DNA from: Desulfurococcales archaeon
Lineage (GTDB): Archaea; Thermoproteota; Thermoprotei_A; Sulfolobales; Desulfurococcaceae
Reading direction: 5' to 3'
DNA: 64,000 nucleotides
Assembly (NCBI GenBank): GCA_027022365.1
Contig: JALVYU010000026.1
Coordinates: 32,001-96,000, forward strand
Shown: piece after piece, positions 61,575 to 64,000 of the stretch
Numbering within the stretch: the first letter of the stretch is position 1
How the letters are laid out: the number at the start of each line of letters is the position of its first letter
The notes under the pieces: model-generated
Databases searched by the model: none
What the model was told of the DNA's origin: nothing
The model's input: only the letters and a program-made list of their open reading frames with translations
Translations under genes and position numbers: made by a program

Positions 61575-62190
61575 TCCCCACAGCCTCTTCGAGGAGGGTC
61601 TTATGCTTGTTAATGATGGAGCGGGCTATGCGGAGGAGCCGATTAAACGTTGTTTCGCTGACGAGGGGTTTCAGCCCATCCAAGTCTCTATAGGAGAAAG
61701 TATAGCGGCCTCGGAGAAGCTCGTAGACGATATAGGATAGCAGGTATCTGCCGCGAATACTCCTATTAATAGCCAGAGGCTCGACTTCCCCGAGAACACC
61801 GATGATCCTGTCAAGGACCGGGCGTAGCCCCCTTTTCTCAAACCAGTCGAGAACCTCGATGCTCTTCCGAGAATACACAGTAAGCACAAACCTGCCCTGC
61901 CTAAGCAGCCTCTCCTCATCCACCATGTACCCCCGACTCGTAATAGACCTGGCGAGCCTGAGTAACCTGTAGTGTTTACGGAGCCTATGCTCAAGCCTCC
62001 TAAGCTCCCTATCGGCCCGGTAACCGTAGCGTCTAAGACGTTTACGCTACTCGATCCTAGCCCATTCCCTGGCCTCCTCCCCTACGTGAACCGGGCCGTA
62101 GTCGTAGATCCTGTCGACAACCTCCCCGGTATCCATGCATACTACTTCTCCACGCGTATAATCCCATATGAGCTGTCTACACTCATCCAT
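61567..62190 (-). pseudogene. TFB-type zinc-ribbon protein with in-frame TAG at 62047-62049
   Basis: MDECRQLIWDYTRGEVVCMDTGEVVDRIYDYGP; frame open after TAG into the 119-aa ORF; GGTGA RBS. Confidence 0.7.
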
Positions 62191-62422
62191 AGCTATCACC
62201 CAGCTCCTCCACGCACTCCTCCAACAGCTCCCTCTCCAGCCTGCACTCCCTATCCCACTCGAGACTGTGGACCCAGCACTCCAGGAGAGAATCAATAAAT
62301 CCCCTGCACCGAGCCCTGACAACACTGTAAGGCAACCCATACCTATCCGCAAGCTCCAAAACAAGATCCTCAACACGATGCACTAACACGGTTAATGGCT
62401 CGATATACATAAAAGAGATCAC
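62183..62422 (-). CDS. small hypothetical protein
   Basis: Overlaps neighbours in operon fashion; start uncertain. Confidence 0.5.
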   Translation of the reverse strand: MISFMYIEPLTVLVHRVEDLVLELADRYGLPYSVVRARCRGFIDSLLECWVHSLEWDRECRLERELLEECVEELGDSYG

Positions 62423-62685
62423 CTTGTTGAGCTCTGGGTTACTGTTTGAAGCTCTTTAGTAATTCTGTGAAGAACTTCAAGCCCCTTCTTTGTAATGGAG
62501 TATTTTCCTTTAGAAACTTTAATTACGAATCCATGGATTATCAGCTCCTTGATATTATAATATATTGTTCCGACTGAAAGACCCGTTATTGATAGTAGCT
62601 CACTCAGCGATTTTGGCCCATCGCTTAACGCATATAATATCTTGCCCTGTGAAGATAACATTTTAATTACTTTGACGTCCTGCAT
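62419..62685 (-). CDS. winged-helix transcriptional regulator
   Basis: GPKSLSEL...GLSVGTIYYNIKEL...GF...KYSITKKG. Confidence 0.85.
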   Translation of the reverse strand: MQDVKVIKMLSSQGKILYALSDGPKSLSELLSITGLSVGTIYYNIKELIIHGFVIKVSKGKYSITKKGLEVLHRITKELQTVTQSSTR

Positions 62686-62711
62686 GTTTCTTACCTCACT
62701 TTTTAAACAGA

Positions 62712-62942
62712 GTGCTTAAGGAACTAGAAAAGAGAGAACACCTGCTGATTTCAGAAGCTATAGCCATAGCGGGCTCAACAGTATTCTATCAGAGATACCT
62801 TCCATATCTCGAAGAAAAAGGATATGTTGTAAGCGAGAAAAAAAGAGAAGGGAGAAGAACAATAAGACTAATCAAGCTCACTGAGAAGGGCAAAAAGCTT
62901 CTCGAGCTCCTTGAGGAAATTAATAAGCTTGACAGGGAGTGA
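62712..62942 (+). CDS. winged-helix transcriptional regulator
   Basis: LEEKGYV...IKLTEKGK. Confidence 0.8.
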   Translation: MLKELEKREHLLISEAIAIAGSTVFYQRYLPYLEEKGYVVSEKKREGRRTIRLIKLTEKGKKLLELLEEINKLDRE

Positions 62943-62990
62943 GTATAGTGTAGGCTTCGATGAGTTAATGGTAGTGTTCGGGGATATTAG

Positions 62991-63704
62991 GTGCTTATAA
63001 CGGATAGGGAGTTTCTTCGCAAACGGGATAGAGTTGTTCGTGATTTAATGAGATTATTTGATTCTTTAGGTATTGATAAGGGGTTCTTGAATGAACTTTA
63101 TAGTTGTAAGAGGGTTTCAGAGTTCAAGGATTGTTTAACGAAAGTGCTGAATAGTATAGATGCCCGAGGATTGATAGAGGATAGGGATTCATTTGCCAGT
63201 GATCTTAACAAGATTCTTACCAGGATACTGTTGAAGGCTGTCTTCATTAATGATAAATGGATTATATTCTACAGGGGACGTGGAAAAGGTAGCCGTGCCT
63301 ATGGGAGAATACGTATAGTAGTAAGTGTTATAAGTGGGGGTATAGCGGGTTTCTTCTACCTAGGCCTCTTCCTCCTATTTTTAGAGGTATATGATTTTCC
63401 AGGATTCATAAAGTACTGTACGTGGATAGCATTCGCTTACAATTCTTTTTGGACCATAGGCTACTTTATCGGGCTAAGAGAATGGACTACGGGAAAATAT
63501 AGTGTTAAACAATATATTGTAAACACCCTCTATATCCTAGCCCTCAACATTGTATTAGCGATGGTGTTTAGCCTTTTATACAGGGGAAATCCCTCATATC
63601 TCCTATATGCAGTAATATACCTGGGTTTAGCTATACTTCCATTTAAACCTAGACAAGAACGAGGAGAAGCCCCACCACCAATCTTCATACCAATACCTGT
63701 ATAG
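62991..63704 (+). CDS. 4-TM membrane protein
   Basis: Soluble N-terminal domain then four hydrophobic helices. Confidence 0.7.
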   Translation: MLITDREFLRKRDRVVRDLMRLFDSLGIDKGFLNELYSCKRVSEFKDCLTKVLNSIDARGLIEDRDSFASDLNKILTRILLKAVFINDKWIIFYRGRGKGSRAYGRIRIVVSVISGGIAGFFYLGLFLLFLEVYDFPGFIKYCTWIAFAYNSFWTIGYFIGLREWTTGKYSVKQYIVNTLYILALNIVLAMVFSLLYRGNPSYLLYAVIYLGLAILPFKPRQERGEAPPPIFIPIPV

Positions 63705-63748
63705 CTTCGCTGGCTACCCCGTGGAAAGCTCTTCTACTAGCTTCTCTA

Positions 63749-64000
63749 CTATATTATATTATTGACTATATCTATGAATTTTCTGAAGTCATGGTTTTTC
63801 TCGGTCTCCTGCTTTATTACCGCGAAATAATCGGCAATAGTTTTCACGTTTTTCTGGGAGAGCAGTTTATTTATTCTATTTATGGATTCCAGCACGTTTT
63901 CGGCTGTTAATTCCCGGTTCATAAGGGCTTTGTATATTTCTTGTTTTAGCATTCTCCTTGCGGCTGGATAGACCCTTCTATACATGTTTATGTCAACTGT
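63749..64000 (-). CDS. hypothetical protein (probably runs off the window)
   Basis: ORF 63749-63985 near the edge. Confidence 0.45.
   Translation of the reverse strand, partial: TVDINMYRRVYPAARRMLKQEIYKALMNRELTAENVLESINRINKLLSQKNVKTIADYFAVIKQETEKNHDFRKFIDIVNNII

Larger units (their letters stand above)
45400..64000. mobile_element. integrated plasmid/virus-like element (right end outside window)
   Basis: Integrase at left edge, resolvase, Rep-like gene, small regulators, composition shifts, pseudogenes, no housekeeping genes. Confidence 0.85.

Noticed and set aside
1-64000. CRISPR array, tRNA or rRNA genes
   Set aside because: No regularly spaced 24-40 nt repeats and no T-arm (GTTCRAATC) or rRNA signatures seen; the TGAGACA repeats are too short for CRISPR.

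Overview
Archaeal DNA, most likely a hyperthermophilic crenarchaeon of the Desulfurococcales type. This is inferred from GGTGA ribosome-binding sites, TTTATA boxes, a CdvB/ESCRT-III paralogue, Taw3, archaeal rib genes, MpgS/MpgP and C/D-box sRNA candidates. Bases 1-45.4 kb are ordinary chromosome: tRNA modification, acyl-CoA ligases, riboflavin operon, trpS, GGPP synthase, gdhA, mannosylglycerate genes and rubrerythrin. From about 45.4 kb to the window end lies an integrated, partly decayed plasmid/virus-like element. It carries a tyrosine integrase, a serine resolvase, a truncated second integrase, a Rep-like gene with an internal iteron-like array, a TFB-like gene with an amber stop, and divergent wHTH regulators. 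Its most interesting cargo is an AT-rich candidate RiPP cluster (52.8-58.9 kb). This comprises a 46-aa precursor ORF missing from the ORF track (56054-56194, minus strand; core CAKCKCQISPGVT), three radical SAM/SPASM enzymes, a BpsA-like aminopropyltransferase and an MFS exporter. All calls come from reading motifs by eye; no database searches were run.
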